A stretch of 63,323 bases of DNA, filler included, from Kipferlia bialata (taxonomy: Eukaryota): the NCBI GenBank assembly GCA_003568945.1. It is 5 parts of 5 records of this genome, joined end to end, with 100 filler letters (N's around TTAATTAATTAA, not from the genome) between each part and the next. Parts side by side here need not be neighbours in the genome. Positions count along the whole stretch, not along the records: positions 28,932 to 43,277 come from BDIP01000830.1; positions 43,378 to 57,714 come from BDIP01000831.1; 3 more parts are not named here. One strand, written 5' to 3'. The notes beneath the pieces are model-generated. The model ran no database searches, was not told the DNA's origin, and was given only the letters and a program-made list of their open reading frames with translations. Shown one piece after another: positions 37,898-53,114 of the stretch. Both the position numbers and the translations under genes were made by a program. Within the stretch, counting starts at the first letter, position 1. Each line of letters begins with the position of its first letter.

Positions 37898-40133
37898 GAC
37901 ATATCGGGCATTCCACCGGGCATGCCGCCCTCCTGTCCCTGCTGGGAGGCAGCGTAGGCCTTAGCGAGCATGGGCTGGATGGTGGCCTCGATCTCCTTCT
38001 GCTTGGCCTCGTACTCCTCCTTGGTGCACTCCTGGTTGTTGTCGAGCCACTCGATGGCGGCCTCGATGGTAGCGAGAGCGGTCTTCTTCTCCTCCTCGTC
38101 AAGGCCCTTGGCCTCGTCCTGGAAGTGGTTCCTCATGGAGTACACGAAGGACTCAAGGCCGTTCTTGGCGTTGACCTTGGCGCGGAGCTCCTCGTCCTGG
38201 TCCTTGAACTTCTCAGCGTCGGCAACCATCCTGTCGATATCGTCCTGGGAGAGCCTGTTACGGTTCTGGTCGATCTTGATGGTGTTGGAGTTGCCAGTGC
38301 CGCCGGTGTCCTTGGCGGTGACGGTGAGGGTGCCGTTGGCGTCAATGTCGAAGGTAACCTCGATCTTGGGGACTCCACGGGGGGCGGGGGGGATGCCAGT
38401 GAGCTCGAAGGTTCCAAGGAGGTTGTTGTGCTTGGTCTGGGCACGCTCTCCCTCGAAGACCTTGATCTGCACAGAGGTCTGCCTGTCGGCGAAGGTGGAG
38501 AACATCTCGGTCTTCTTGGTGGGCACGGTGGTGTTACGGGCAACAAGGACGGTCATCTGCTCGCCAGCGGTCTCAACTCCAAGGGAGAGAGGGGTGACAT
38601 CGAGGAGGAGGATGTCCTGGACCTTCTCAGAGGTGGATCCAGTGAGCACGGCAGCCTGGATAGCGGCACCGTAGGCAACAGCCTCATCGGGGTTGATGGT
38701 CTTGCATGGCTCCTTGCCGTTGAAGAAGTCCTTGATGAGCTGCTGGATCTTGGGGATACGGGTGGATCCTCCAACAAGCACAATCTCGTTGACCTCGGAC
38801 TTGCCCATCTTGGCGTCACGGAGAACGCGCTCGACGGGGTCGATGCAGGAACGGAAGAGGTCCATGCAACGCTCCTCGAACCTGGCCCTGGTGAGGGTGG
38901 TGAAGAAGTCGATGCCCTCGAAGAGGGACTCGATCTCGACGGAGGTCTGGGTGGTGTTGGAAAGAGTACGCTTGGCCCTCTCGCAAGCAGTCCTGAGACG
39001 CCTCATGGCACGCTTGGAGCCAGTGATGTCCTTGCGGTACTTGCGCTTGAACTCGGCGACAAAGTAGTCAACCATGCGGGAGTCAAAGTCCTCACCTCCA
39101 AGGTGAGTGTCTCCGGCGGTGGCGCGTACCTCAAAGATACCGTCATCGATGGCAAGGAGGGACACATCGAATGTGCCGCCACCGAGGTCGAAGATGAGCA
39201 CGTTCATCTCACCAGCCTCACGCTTGTCAAGGCCGTAGGCGATGGCAGCGGCGGTGGGCTCGTTGATGATACGGAGCACCTCGAGGCCGGCGATCTGGCC
39301 AGCGTCCTTGGTGGACTGCCTCTGGGCGTCGGAGAAGTAGGCGGGCACAGTGATGACGGCCTTCTTGATGTCTCCACCAAGGTAGTCGGAGGCGAGCTCC
39401 TTCATCTTGATGAGCACCATGGAGGAGATCTCCTCAGGGGTGAAGGTACGCTTCTCTCCCATGTGGGTGACCTGGGGTTAAGGAAGGAATTATAGGGAGT
39501 GTAGAATGACACCACCGGTAAGAGTGAATAGAATCAACTAACCTGGATCCTGGGCTTGTTGCCGTCGGCACAGATGATGTCGAAGGGCCAGTGCTTCATA
39601 TCGTCCTGGACCTCGGTGTCAGTGAACCTACGTCCGATAAGACGCTTGGCATCGAACACAGTGTTCTCGGGGTTCATGGCAGACTGGGGTGAGATGAAGA
39701 CAGAAGCAACACTGTATCAGGCCCAGTATAGACACACCAGAACACAATCACTAACCTGCCTCTTGGCGGCATCACCGATGAGACGCTCGGTCTCGGTGAA
39801 AGCAACGTAGGAGGGGGTGGTGTAGTTACCCTGGGAGTTTGCGATGATCTCCACACGGTCGTTCTGGGGTTAGATACGAATCCACACAACTCGGCATAAC
39901 CATACACACACAATGCACAAAACAAGTAACAATCAAGTTCCTAACAAGATTCATAACCGTTAGAGTGCTATGAACAGAGAGGAGAGGGACCAACGCCCAC
40001 CACAACACAAAGAAAAGACAGAAATGTAATATACAACACAGAAACTCCCAATAGCTCACAATAAAGGCGAACTAACCTGGAAAACTCCAACACAGGAGTA
40101 TGTGGTTCCAAGATCGATTCCAACAGCTGACAT
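37816..40133 (-). CDS. HSP70: Cytosolic heat shock protein 70 (4 exons)
   Basis: [35 protein letters not shown]..; [42 protein letters not shown] and terminal GPTVEELD. Confidence 0.98.
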
Positions 40134-40598
40134 TTCTACTGTTTCGACGAGAGAAGGTGGTGCACTCGACCTTGCATTCCTCCGCTCAATCATAGTCGGA
40201 GAATCAGCTTGATTCATCGGAATTTCATCGGAGAATCAACTGAATTTCTCATTGGTTGAGAATCAAACTTGATCTCAATTGATTTGTTTCGTGGTGGAAA
40301 GAGTGATGTTCTTGGCTGTGTGCGGGTCTGTCCACCAGGTACTATGTCCAATCAGAGACTTGGAAAGCCAATAGGCCCAATGTGGTATGAATTCCAAGCT
40401 AGACTTGCAGTAATGGTCTCTGAAGCGTAATTGATCATGTGATTGATCTAGAGGGGTGTTGTTCGTGTAGAATTCCAATTCCTGTGAAGAATCTATTATA
40501 TCGGAAACGGTGCAAAACGAGACCGAGAGGGTGCCTGGGAGCAGGCCAACCTCTCTATCTCTCTAGGAAGGACCATATGGAAACACTATCATGCCACA

Positions 40599-41121
40599 CT
40601 ACCCCTCAGACTCTCCATCTGTGAGTATCATCACTCCGCCGAAGTCATCTGAAGACTCCTCAATGGTGGGGTCGCCGTAGGGCTGACTGAACCCTGGCCT
40701 TACAGGCTGTGGCCTTCGTTGGTAGGGGGACAGGACTGACCGGGGCAGCTGTCCGCCTCCCTCTGTCTCATCATCAGTGGGAGGGCTAGGAGGCAGGGGT
40801 GGGGGACTGACACTGGAGGGGGAGTCCCCTCCCTCCTCCCCCTCCGCCTCACAGTGTGCAGGGGGACTAGGCTCTGCTAGGGTGTGTTGGGCTGAAGGGG
40901 TGGCTGCCTCTTCCTGGGCACCACCATCTGAATCCACAATGGGGGAGTCTCTATCAAGCACATCTGTCTGTGTCTCAGACTCTTCCTCCCCCCCTGCCCC
41001 CTCCCCCTCTGATATCTCTTGGCTCATATTCACTGCCACCATCCCACTCAGTTTGGCCCTGATATGGGGGGGCCAGTGTCTGGCAATGACGTGCATCGCT
41101 GGGGTAAGAGAATAGACAGAC

Positions 41122-41156
<35 letters not shown>

Positions 41157-43116
41157 CCTGCCATATCCAGCCTGGCCATCGACCTCAGCACCAGCTCCTG
41201 ATAGGTGGAGAACTCATCCCCAGTGCCACTGTCCCTCTCCCTCTCTCTCTTGCTACGGGGGCTCTCTGGCACGCTCTCACTACCCTTGTCCCTCTGTCTC
41301 TCTCTCTCCCTCTCCTTGGTGTCAGAGGTTGGTGTGTGGCGCCTCCCCCCCTGCCTGTCCCTGGCCCTCTCAGACAGAATGGACCTGGCCACATGCCGCA
41401 ACAGGTCACTCCTAGGGGGTGAATGTGGGGGGGGGGGAGAGAGACTAGCAAGATGATAACACTCCTGGTGGAGAGTAGAGGTGCGCAGTACCTCTGTAGC
41501 TCTGCCGGGTCCACTGCCAAACTGTTATACCTCAGCACATACGACCTGGGGTCAGACAGAGTAATAGAGCTATTATAGTGATTAACATACCACCACCCAC
41601 CTGTGCATATCAATCATGTCCTGCTTCTTAACCCCCTTCAGCTCCTGGGTGGTGAAGGCAAGGGAGAGCAGACGCTGCCTGGTGTGAGGGCAATAGGAAT
41701 GGAGAGAGGGAGTGTATGAATCATACACTGTATGACTGGATAGACACGGAGGGAGAGATTCGGGTGTGAAGGCAATCGTATTGATGTGCTCCCAGTTATC
41801 AGCGGAAATCAGAGATGGAGAAGTAGAGCACAAGCCACATGCACCCCCCACCTCATGTCCTTGAGGGATATGCCCTTGTAGAGCAGAGACCCCATGTGGC
41901 CAGGGTGGGATACGGGGGGGTGGTCGGGGGAGGGGGAGGTCTGAACGGCACCACCTGGGGTCAGGTCATACACATTAGAATACACTCCATCGCGGTATTG
42001 AGTATCTAGTACAACAGGATGTGCATCTGACCCATACCCTTGAGCAGGTCAAATGCCGCTGTGGCAACTCCAGTCCCAGCGGATCTGCCTGGGGTAAGGA
42101 ATAGACACACTCTATGCAAAAGGCGAATTCTATAGGAAATCAGCAAGAGTATAGTAGTCTGGTATCAACGGTTCCAACATACCTGCGAAGGGGTTTAGGT
42201 ACAGAGAGTGTCCGGCATGGTGCACCGAGTCCTTGTCTCTCTGTCTCTCCCGCTTCCTCTCCCTCTCTCCCTTTGGACTGTTAGAGGCACTCCCTGGAAA
42301 CTCAATTGGGGACCCCACCCCCCCTCCCCCCTGCGTCCTGGCCCCCTTCCTCTGGATGTCCCCCCCTGCACCTACCTCCAGACAAGAGGGGGACGAGTCA
42401 GGGGAGTGGGCAGTGGTGGAAGACACACCCTGTCTCTGCTGCTGCTGTTGTTGCTGCTTGGTACACAGCCTTACATGCCGCCGGTACCTATCTGCCTGCA
42501 CTGCATTGTTGCACAGAGTGCAGAACACAACACCCTGGGGTGAGGAGAGAATACTAGGGTGGGATATGGAGGACATGGTGTCACCACACAACATACAGTA
42601 CTACCCACCCACCTTCCCACCGAATGGCTTACTGCCCTCCGCCTTGGTTCTGGACCGTTCCCTCCCTCTCTTCTGCACCCTCTCTGGCTGCCTCTCTCTC
42701 TTGGCAGCCGGTGCCTCCAGAGCAGTCACTGGCCTCCGCTTACCCACTGTATCTGCTGCTGACCCCGACACTGTTGGACTCTCTCCCTCCCTACCGTCAC
42801 TGCGTACTGGACTGGCATTGATGGGGGAGGACTCGTCAGCTCTCTCCCTCTCCCTCTCCTCCTGCGTCAGATCGATCATCTCAACGTCCCCCTGTCTCTC
42901 TGGTGCCTTGCGGGAGAGAAGCACACACACCTGGGAATGAGTGTCAACAAAGGATATATATATATATTATGCGATTTCACTCACCTGTATGCCCACATCC
43001 TTTCCCTTACACCTCCCAGCCTCTCTCTCATCCTCAACCTCCTTTTGTCGCCGCCTGCCCTCCTTCACAGTACGGCGGAACCCAGACACCATATCAGCTG
43101 GGATCAGATTCTTGGT
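40599..43116 (-). CDS. RAD18-like protein (UBZ zinc finger + SAP domain); RING-bearing 5' end beyond contig
   Basis: VVFCTLCNNAVQADRYRRHVRLC (UBZ4-like C-x2-C..H-x3-C) followed by LLYKGISLKDMR|QRLLSLAFTTQELKGVKKQDMIDMHR|SYVLRYN, resembling the RAD18 SAP region; long low-complexity linkers. Confidence 0.65.
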
Positions 43117-43277
43117 CTAGAGAGTGTAAGGAGTGTCAACCATATATTTATACATATTGCCATATCAGAGTGGAGGAAGCGGTATCATGGAAGCACAAGG
43201 AAATATAGAATATATATGGTGTATGAGGAAGGGATGGTGGGGGGGGGGGGGGGGGGGTGGGGGGGCCCCCTCTTCCC

Positions 43278-43377
43278 NNNNNNNNNNNNNNNNNNNNNNN
43301 NNNNNNNNNNNNNNNNNNNNNTTAATTAATTAANNNNNNNNNNNNNNNNNNNNNNNNNNNNNNNNNNNNNNNNNNNN
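43278..43377. other. Artificial contig linker
   Basis: N44-TTAATTAATTAA-N44. Confidence 0.97.
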
Positions 43378-43941
43378 GAAGATTAGCACGTCCCTCGGAA
43401 AGAGTCGGATGTAATCTTCGGTTGTCACCCTTGTTTTCATTGAGTTTCCAGAGTGCCATGACGACTGTTTATTGAAGTGGAGGAGTGATTAAGGGGTCGT
43501 ATGGAAGAATGGGTAAATAATGTAAATGTGCCGATTCCTGTCCATGTACCATCGAACCCACTTCATCAGTATTAATACTGATAATGGCAGAGAAAGTCCT
43601 CCTGTCTTGTATTATTATACAAGTATTATACAAGTACTATTATAGGCCTAGTGTAACGACTCTCTACTAAATTTTCAAGCCTTGCCCCTTATTTGTAGTA
43701 TAGAAGTGACTATTCCTTAATAGTGACGTACGCCCAAAACATAGATTTCTTCTATAGTGGCGTATAGATGGGGCGTTGCGTGTAGGCCCCAAGGGCTGGC
43801 CAAATTGTTTCATATCTAGTGGCTGACACTGATCAGCAAGGGTCCAGCTCCAGTTTTTGTGTAGTTTTGGCAAATGCCAAATCGAACCGAGCTCTGTGGT
43901 GGTCGGAAATAAAGTTCATCGATAATCGCCTTCTCTTCAGG

Positions 43942-45572
43942 ATGCTAATGCGAATAGTGCCACTACTGGCCCTGTTATTGGCATTCCTGAGCCTTGTGGA
44001 ACAGGTACATACAGGTTGGCATGTACTGCAGGGGTAAATGCCTTGTTAACCGTGAGCGTATCTAGAGGGTGGTTCAGATTTGGTTCAGATTTGGTTCTGA
44101 TTTACACTGTTCCTTGTATCTCTCCCCGCCTGAGTGGCGGGAACTCATAGGGCTGTGCTGGGGTACATGCATATGAGAATATATATGAATAGGTCTCTCT
44201 CTATCACAGGTGTATAGTGTTATTTACCTCGGTGGCGTTTGACCTGTTAAAATGATGGCGTTTAATTATCGATCTTATGTATGTAACATTGGTACAGGCA
44301 CCACCTGTCTATCATCGTCTCTACCATATAACCCAGATGAAAGGTGTCACAGCCTGGCACAGCCCCCCCCCCCCCTTCCCCCATCTATCTCTCTGTTTGG
44401 GAAGTATCTTTCTCTCCCACATTGACATGTGGCTCCCTCTCCAAGTCTCCCCCTCTATGCATGTACCATGTATGTATACACATCGGAGTCTCCCTCACCC
44501 TCAGGCCGTCTGTGCCGTTGATCCAGCCAACATACTGGATGTCAAGGGGTTCACACAGCCCGGTACAGGTGAGTAGTACAACACTGGGTCTATTGTTCCT
44601 TGTGTTTACAATACGGTTCTTCAGTCGGCAGCCCCCCCCCCCCCCCCCGTGCTTGTCTCTATATCTGCTCTCCTTACTCTCTTCTCTCTGCACCGTGTCC
44701 ATATATATATATCCTTCTCTGTCCCTAACATCAGCTGCTGAGTCAGGCTTTGGTCAGGCCATGGACGTAGAGGGAAGGTATGACTGGATGTATAAACATT
44801 GGCGATATGGAGAGTGCTGTGTTCCACCAATCACGCCCTCTTGACCTATATATTACTGGATGGACATGGGTTTCTCCATATACTCCCACTCTCTCTCTCT
44901 ACCTCTCTCTCACCCTCTCAACCCAGTTGGATGGCCCTTGGATCAGTCCTGCCCGGAGATGAGAAGGTGAGCCATTCATACATACTGCGAGTGGGAGGGA
45001 GAGCCGGCCGGCCCCCCAATCCCCGACCTACCCCGGTCTCTCTCTCTCTCTCTCTCCCCTCCCCGCCCCTCTCTCTCTTTCTGTGTGTGTTGCTACCCCT
45101 TAAATACCCATACCCATACCCTCATGCCAGGTTGTCATGTATAAGGAGAATGCCTCCGGTGGATGGGACCTCCACTCCACTCTCACCCGCCCTGACTCTG
45201 TATGTGTGAGCAGGTACTCCCCCCCCTCTCTCTCTCGCACTTGCGTTTATGCTGGACTCTTTCTCCCTCTTATTCTCCCCCCCCCCTCTACTACCAGTGA
45301 CGCTGCTGCATGTGCTTCTGTTGATGTGGGATTCGGAACAGACGTGGCAATCAGCGGTAAGTTCTCTCTCTGTATCTCTCCCTTACATCACCTCTAAGTG
45401 GTGTTTTCTTTCCTTTGCTCTCCTTTAGCAGTACCACCCTCCTGTAATAGCTGCATATTTCCCCCTCCCACTCTCTCTCTCCCTACACCCTCTAACCCCA
45501 GGTGACAGGATGGCAATCGGTGCCACAGAGGCATGGTCAATCCACCAGAGCAAGAGTACGAATGTGTATATA

Positions 45573-45615
<43 letters not shown>

Positions 45616-48258
45616 AATGGAGTTGGGGCATCCCGTGGCCGTGTGGCATCATCTCTACGAACTCTTTACTGATGCTATAGTGAGTGAGTGGAGATGTATA
45701 CTCTCTTATTGTCTCTCTGTCTGTCTAGTCACCCCCTGTGGCGTATCATACTCTCTCTCTCTTCTCCCTTAGTAGATCGGCAAGTGTTTCTTGCTCCGTC
45801 TCTCTGTCTCTCTCTCGTGACCCTTACATCAGGTATGGGCTCCGTTCTCATTTATGAGTACAGTGCTGACGCATGGACTTTCCAGTATGAGGTATGTGAG
45901 GGAGAGGGACGAAAAGCGAGGAAGGGAGCGAACACTTATGATATTCGTCCACTAATACACGTGTAGAGGGAGAGGTTGTGACGGTGTGCAGATTCCTTGT
46001 TCAACGGTGTGTGCTGGTATGGGCACTGGAGCTTGACATTCCGTGGGGTCGATATCCAAGCATGCAATTATTCCCTTCGCCCCCGCTCTCTCTCTCTCTC
46101 TCTCTCTCTCGTTCTCTCTCTCCCTTATGGCAGCTAAAGTCGCCCAATTGTGAGGATATTTCCCTTTGTGCGGGAGGAGTCACACCATTCGGGGGATTCG
46201 GATCCCGTGTGGCACTATCTCCAGGTATATATGCATGTATATGCGTGTGTGTCCCTACTCCCGTCCCCAACCCTCTATTCCCTCTCTCTCTACCCCCCAG
46301 GCATTGCCGCCACGTGCATCTACAATGACAACGACTCCACTCTTGACGGTCTCTGGTACGTTTTGTGTTTCACCGTTGGACATACGTCGCGTATGATCAC
46401 AGAATAATATACACATGTATGTGTTCAATACTTATATGGAGAGATTTCTATGGTACCTATGCAGCAGCTTGTTATGGATTTGATCTATAGGGTAGCTCTT
46501 AGTCTGTCTCTCTCTCCCTGCTCTGCCCCTGACCAATAGGTTTTCCTACTACACCGAAGGTAGCGGGTATGGCCCCTTCCACCTGTGGTTAAATGACGGT
46601 AGTGTACGTCCTCTTCTACCCCTCTATGTGGCGTCCGCTCTCGCGAATCATCAATATCAGTATATCTGCGAATCATCCTGTGTCGCGTACAGTTCTCGGC
46701 CAAATCACTCACACTATCTACTGGCGTGATTCTTCTATTCGTGGAGAGTATCTTACTCGGATAGAGAATATGAGTTTTATGGTTGTTATAGTATAGTTTT
46801 CTGTCTTCTGTTGAACTGCACTCTGTACTCTAACTGTACTCTCTCCCCTTTGACTGTAGTCCCCCTCCCCCTCCTCTACTTCTAACCAGTCAGAACGTCA
46901 ATGCCTTTGCCATTGAGAACAACTGGTTTGTACTCATGATGCACTCCGGAGCAGGGACCTACATAAGCGACATGACTGATTCTGAGTGAGTTACATCTGT
47001 GTGTATACAGATACTTAGGATTCTCTCACTTAGTGACTGAGTGACTCACCATCACACTCTCTCTCTCTCTCAGTGTCTGGCAATCACTTTGGCATATCGT
47101 ATATTGATGTCGATGTCTCCCCTCGTGAAAAGATGTATATATCTCCATATATACAGTCTCTCTCACCCACAGGACAGTCAGTACGTATCTCTCCTTCTGT
47201 GTCTCTCTATGTGTCTCTCTCACTCTCACACCTACAGGTACATTGCTGATAATCCCAGCAGCATGGTTCCTGCCCTCCAGCAACTTAATGGGGAAGTTGC
47301 GTATGACTGTGCATTCGATTGGACAAGGTATATACATGCCACATATACACATACATAGACACACATGTATATAGACACTATGGGTATGTTAGATATTCGA
47401 CTGGACCAGGTATTAGACATACTGAATATTGCTAGTGCTCTTTCGATAGAAATATCTAGAGTCCTGGTATGCTGTGACTCTTGATATGTGTATGTCTTTG
47501 TGGAATAGCAAATCGGTTTCTGTTAGCCATGTATTGAGTGTATTGCTATCGTCATAGTGGCGTCTTGGATATACTTATACATGGTATACAGTAGTTGCAT
47601 GTATACTTGTGTGTCTATTGATACACAAGTGTTGGGAAAGGCCACGGTCGGTATCTATCATATACATATATATATCAGATTACAATGGTCCTATGTCCCA
47701 ATGGTCTTGGGTAATGTATATTCTGTACTGTTGATATTATCAAATATTCTATAGTGTTGTGGATATATATTCAGTTCTCTTTCGTTGCCATAAATCGTTC
47801 TTACTCTCTCTCTATCACACCTAACTTCCAGTGGGGACAGTGGCATTGTGGCCTTCGGAGTGACATCGACACTCGTAGACTCAGGTATCGCTCTATATCC
47901 CCTCCTCTCTACACATTTCGGCAATTACAGAGTCTGTTGGGTTTCCCTATTCCCCCCCCCTCTACACCATTGTTACTGATGAAACCAGCTTTGGACGTTG
48001 GTAGTGTGACTGTGTATGCCCTAGACAGCAGCACTATGCAATGGGAAGAGGTACCTCTCGCTCTCTCACTTAGTCTCTGTGTGTGTACTTCTGTCTCTGT
48101 AGTGGAACCTGAAATGTCTACGTACTACCCTCTCATCTCCATAACACCACTCTCATCATAACCCCCCCCTCTCTCTCTCTCATCCCTCAGGAGGCCAATC
48201 TCATTGACCCTGCTTCGGTAGAGAACGATGGTCTCGGAACACGTGTGGTACGGTCTCC

Positions 48259-48296
<38 letters not shown>

Positions 48297-51200
48297 GTCT
48301 CTCTGTCTCAGTTTCTCATGCCCGCAGGCCGCAGGCTATGGAGTTGTAGCCGCTACGAACAAGATGTCAGGCGCCACATATGCAGCGGGTATGTATCCAC
48401 TCTCTCTCTACACAATTTGTACTAAGTACACAATTAGTGTAAAAGAGACTAGTTTTACGAGTATCTTTGTGGGAGTGAGACGCTGAAACTCCGTACCCTA
48501 TATAGTGTTGCAGACTCTCCCCATACCCACACACTATCTGGACCAGAGACTCTTAGACATATTGTCCCTATGTATATATACAAATATATACCATATTATA
48601 TATATAGATAGATATATAGATACCCTAGTCACACACTCCATCTGACCCCAGTGTGGACCAGAGACTCAGGTGTCGCGTCAGACCCCTGGGGCACCACGAT
48701 CAGACAGGCCATCCCAGCGTGCGTCTCTCTCTCTCTCTCCTATCTGTTGCCTACTATTACCCGTCTCTTGCGTGAGTGAATTTGGAGTAGTCTCTCACTG
48801 AGTTCTCATAACAACCTCTTTGCTTTCCTCTCTCTCTGTCTGTCTCTCACCCAGGTACGCTGAGGCCACAGGGTTCGCCTCCGGTCTCTTTATCAACAGT
48901 GCGACATCCCTCATGGTCGGCAGGTGCCTCCCTTTTCTCTCTATATTTACTCTATGCAATATTCGTTTTATATATATTGGTATATACCATAATTGTATAT
49001 ATATAGGTATCTATTACTGTTACTACCCATGTCATTCTCTGCGTGGAATCACGATTGCACTCGCTACAGCATGACATGCCACTATCCCTGCCTCTATCTG
49101 TCTCCTTCTCTCTCTCCATGGGCTATGTGTTCACACTCACCCTAGTGAGGATGCTCCTCTTGTCACGGCTGGAGTGGCCGTTCCCTCTACGGCCAACGTT
49201 GGAGGTAGTCTCCTACTCTCTCTCCCGCCCCCTTCCTGTCACCTCACCCCTAGGTGTGTACCGGTACTCCCTGCTCCCCCCAGTCTCCATTGAGGCCGTC
49301 CTCCCCACCCTCACCCTCGACTCCACATGCGGCACACAGACACTGGTGTTCACTCTCGAGGAGGTACACCTCTCTCTCTCTCTCTCTGTTTCTCTCTCTG
49401 TATCTCGATATTGATCCAGTGACTCAATGCAACCTCAGGCTTTGCTTTGAAGAGGCCTGCTCTGATAGATTCTCAATTGTCTACTCTCCCTCTCCATCTC
49501 TCTCTCTCTCTTCCTCACTGCAGGACGATGCAACGATCACAGTGGACCACACCTCAGACATCACCCTCGGATGGGGCACAGTCGACAACACTCTGGTATG
49601 TCTCGCCTTCTCTCCCTCTCTCTCCCTCTACTAGGATGGTATGGTAGCATCTGAACAATTATGTAGTCGTGAACATTCCTTTCTCTCTCTCTGCGCCCTC
49701 TCATTCCCAGATACCCACCTGGAATAGCGGTGACAACACCTACACAGTTGACATCACTGCCCCTTCCACCGCAGGAGACAGCACATTCACAGTGTGGTAC
49801 GGCTAGTGGAGTATGTCTCTCTCTCTCTCTCTCCCACACAGAGGGTGGTATGCCCTGTATGTATCCGTCTCCCTACTTCTCTCTGCCTCTGCCTGTCCAA
49901 CACTCAGGCTTGAGAATGACATCGTGGGTACCGCAGTGGCCACCCTGGCTCAGGTACTACGTCTATATATATATATGTATATGTTTATATATGTATATTA
50001 ACATATTAGACTCTGTGCCTGCGCCTCCTCTGCCCCCCTCACCCCCAGCAGCTGAACACAGCCAAGACCATCGCCACATGGGTGCTGCCCACTCACAGTA
50101 CACTAGGTACTCCCCCCTCTCTCTCACTCTTTCGCTCTCCCAACAGTATGATCTCTAATCTTGAATCTCTTCACTCTTAATCCTCTGCCCTCTCTATTAT
50201 GTCACTGACCCCAGGGGATCCCGATGGAATTGACCTCAGTGGGGACTTTGTCTTCACATGCCTCCCAAAGGTATTAGAGTAATACTCTTTGTCCCACTTA
50301 CTCCATTCCCATCTCTCTCCCTGTGTGTGTTACACTGTAGTGTTACAGCTGATAGCTATGCCCCTCTCTTGCTGTGGATGTGTGACTATACTACTCCATA
50401 CCGACTAGTATTGTCCACTCAGACTCACCATAGGATGACTGTAACAACAACATTCCAGGGACCGTACTCGACTTCAGCCAGTGCGACGCCGACAACAGCT
50501 GCCTGCCAGCGTGAGTCCTCATCGCTCTCTCTCTCCATGTATTGACACCCATATGTCTTGACGTTCTAGATCCGTCTCTGTCTCACCCCTCAGCGATTAA
50601 CTCATGCAGTGGTAGATCACCCGCCTCTCTCTCTCCATGTATATCTCTCTCTTCAATATATATAGTGTATACATCTCTCTAATGTCAGCGACGCACTCAC
50701 AGAGGAGTACGGATGGAGTGTCGAACTCTACCTTGTGAATGAGGTATCTCTCTCTCTCTCTCTGTATTTGTATATAGTATAGTGAGAACGTCCGACAGGA
50801 ATGGGATGAACGTACTGATTTGTCTTTTCCCAGTCTCTCAGCTACTGGCCTGCCATCTTTCCCTCCCTAGCGTCCCCTCTATAACTCATATGCTTCTCAT
50901 AGTCGCTATCCTCTCTTTCACCCCAGGGCGTGTACACCTACACCCTCTCCGAGGGCGGGACCGACATCCACTCCGACACCATTGACATAGCCCCTGTGTT
51001 TGTGACAGTGGGGTCTGACGCTGTCGGTGTCTCCTCCACCCACTCCACCCTCACAGGCCTCCCCACCGGCACTGAGGAGGCCTACACTGTGGTGCTGACC
51101 CTCAAGGACGTAGCTGGTGTCACCATCACCTCTGACATATCCCCCGTCCTCGAGTGGGACGGAGTGGCCAGGACACTCACCTGGGACGGGACCTCCCACA

Positions 51201-52337
51201 CATACTCCCTGTCCGGCACAGAGGGCGTGGCTACCGTGTCGCTGGACGTCACTGTAAGCGTGGGTGCCGTGGAGGTATTGTCTGAGAGCGTGTCCACCTC
51301 CGAGGTCATCACCTGCACCGACCTCACCCTCCCCATCACAGGCACGTGTCAGTCAGGGACAGGCACATTCTCTCTCCTCAAGAACGGGGCTGCATACACG
51401 ACAGACAGGTGGGGACATCCCTCTCTCTCTCTCTCTGTCTCTCTCTACCCTCTCCTCACCCCCCAGGTCCTCTCTCCTCGGTATGTATACTTGTATGTAT
51501 GTGTATGTGTATATGCGTATCCTTCTATACTCTTATTCCCAGGTCATCTCTCCTCACCGCCACCTGGGAGGACGCTACTGTCGTCCCCGTTGTCTACGCA
51601 GCTGGCACCTACACCTTGGCCATCTCTCTGTCTGCCCCCGGGGCCCACACCCTCACCCTGAAGCTAGACGGCACCCCCATTGCCACTCAGACTGTGACCC
51701 TGGTCTCTGTGATCAGGGACACCTACACATATGTGATCATGGACCCCAGCCGTGCAGTGGTGGATGAGGCCGTCACTCTCACTGTACACCCTATGGATCT
51801 GTGCAACGTGGCCATGACTGGACCCTTGACCCTTGACGTTGCTCTCTCTCTCAATGGTGTAGTGGCGGAGCAGGACACGGTGTCTGAGAGTGGCAGCTAT
51901 GCCATGACCACCTCCCTAGGGATGGAGGGGGTGTACACTGTCACAGTGCGGGAGGGGGTGCAGGAGGTATATCAGTATATATATGTATATGTATGTTCCC
52001 AATCTCTCTCTTACCCTTACCCGATAGGTCAAGACTGACTCTCTCGAGTGTGCTTCGGTCTATGGCTCACTGGACGGGGGCATGGGAAGGTATCCTCTCT
52101 CTGACACTGGATGTGAAGGTGCTCAGTCCACCAGTCTCTAGGTCTACATCTCTCCTCCCTCACCCCAGGGTCGGTGTATCCACCGTCCACTCCACTCTGA
52201 CAGGCCTCCCGAACCAGGTAGGTACTCTCTCTCTCGCTCCATCTCTCCATTGATTCAAAAACACAAGAAGATATCAGTTACTTGGTGTAGAACTGCTATC
52301 GCGTACATCTCACTCTCCCTCTCCCTCTCTCTCTCTA

Positions 52338-52370
<33 letters not shown>

Positions 52371-53080
52371 CTCACCCCAGGTCAACACCGACTACACCGC
52401 CTCCCTAGTCCTTGAGGACATCACAGACACAGTCATCGACAGGGTATGCATCCACTTCTCTCTCTCTCTCTCTCTCTCCCTCTTACCCCTCTGTCTCTGA
52501 TACCTAGGACCTCTCTGTGGACGACGTCGTGTCTGTCTCATATGCCGGGGTGGCAGGGACAGTGGCCTGGGACAGTACCACCAACAGCTACACGGTGACC
52601 GGTAACTCGGGTGGGTCTTGTGATACTGTACTTGTCTTCTTCCCACTTCCCTTCCCCTTGTATTGGCAAGTTGACATGGCTGTGTCAGTATGCCAGCCTC
52701 CCTCTCCCACCTATCTCCTCTTGTGAGTATGTATTGCTGCACACACCCTTACCTCTAGGCACCTCCTCTGGCACTCTCTCCATGGTAGCCTCTGTCAACG
52801 GTATCACTGTTGTCACAGAGACTACTTCCATCAGGAGGAGCAGACGCGCAGTGTACATTGCAGCAGGTATCAAGTACCTCCCACTGTCTCTCAGAGCCAC
52901 TCTCTCTGACTACCTCTACTGGATGAATGGGAGGAACAGCTTCTCTGTGTCTCTAATGTCTCTCCCCCTCTGACCCTAGCTGCTGTAGGTGCTACTGCGG
53001 TGGGAGCAGTGAGTACTGTGTCTGTGGTCAAGGCGAAGGCGAAGACCAAGAACAAGTCCAAGATCGACTTGGAAGAGGGT

Positions 53081-53114
<34 letters not shown>

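Noticed and set aside
37970..39495. Long plus-strand ORFs (456 aa, 234 aa) antisense to HSP70
   Set aside because: Known shadow ORFs produced by strong codon bias on the opposite strand of Hsp70 genes
43378..44105. Possible minus-strand gene start at contig edge and short tandem repeats (tattatacaag x2, ggttcagattt x3)
   Set aside because: Too short to support a gene call or function
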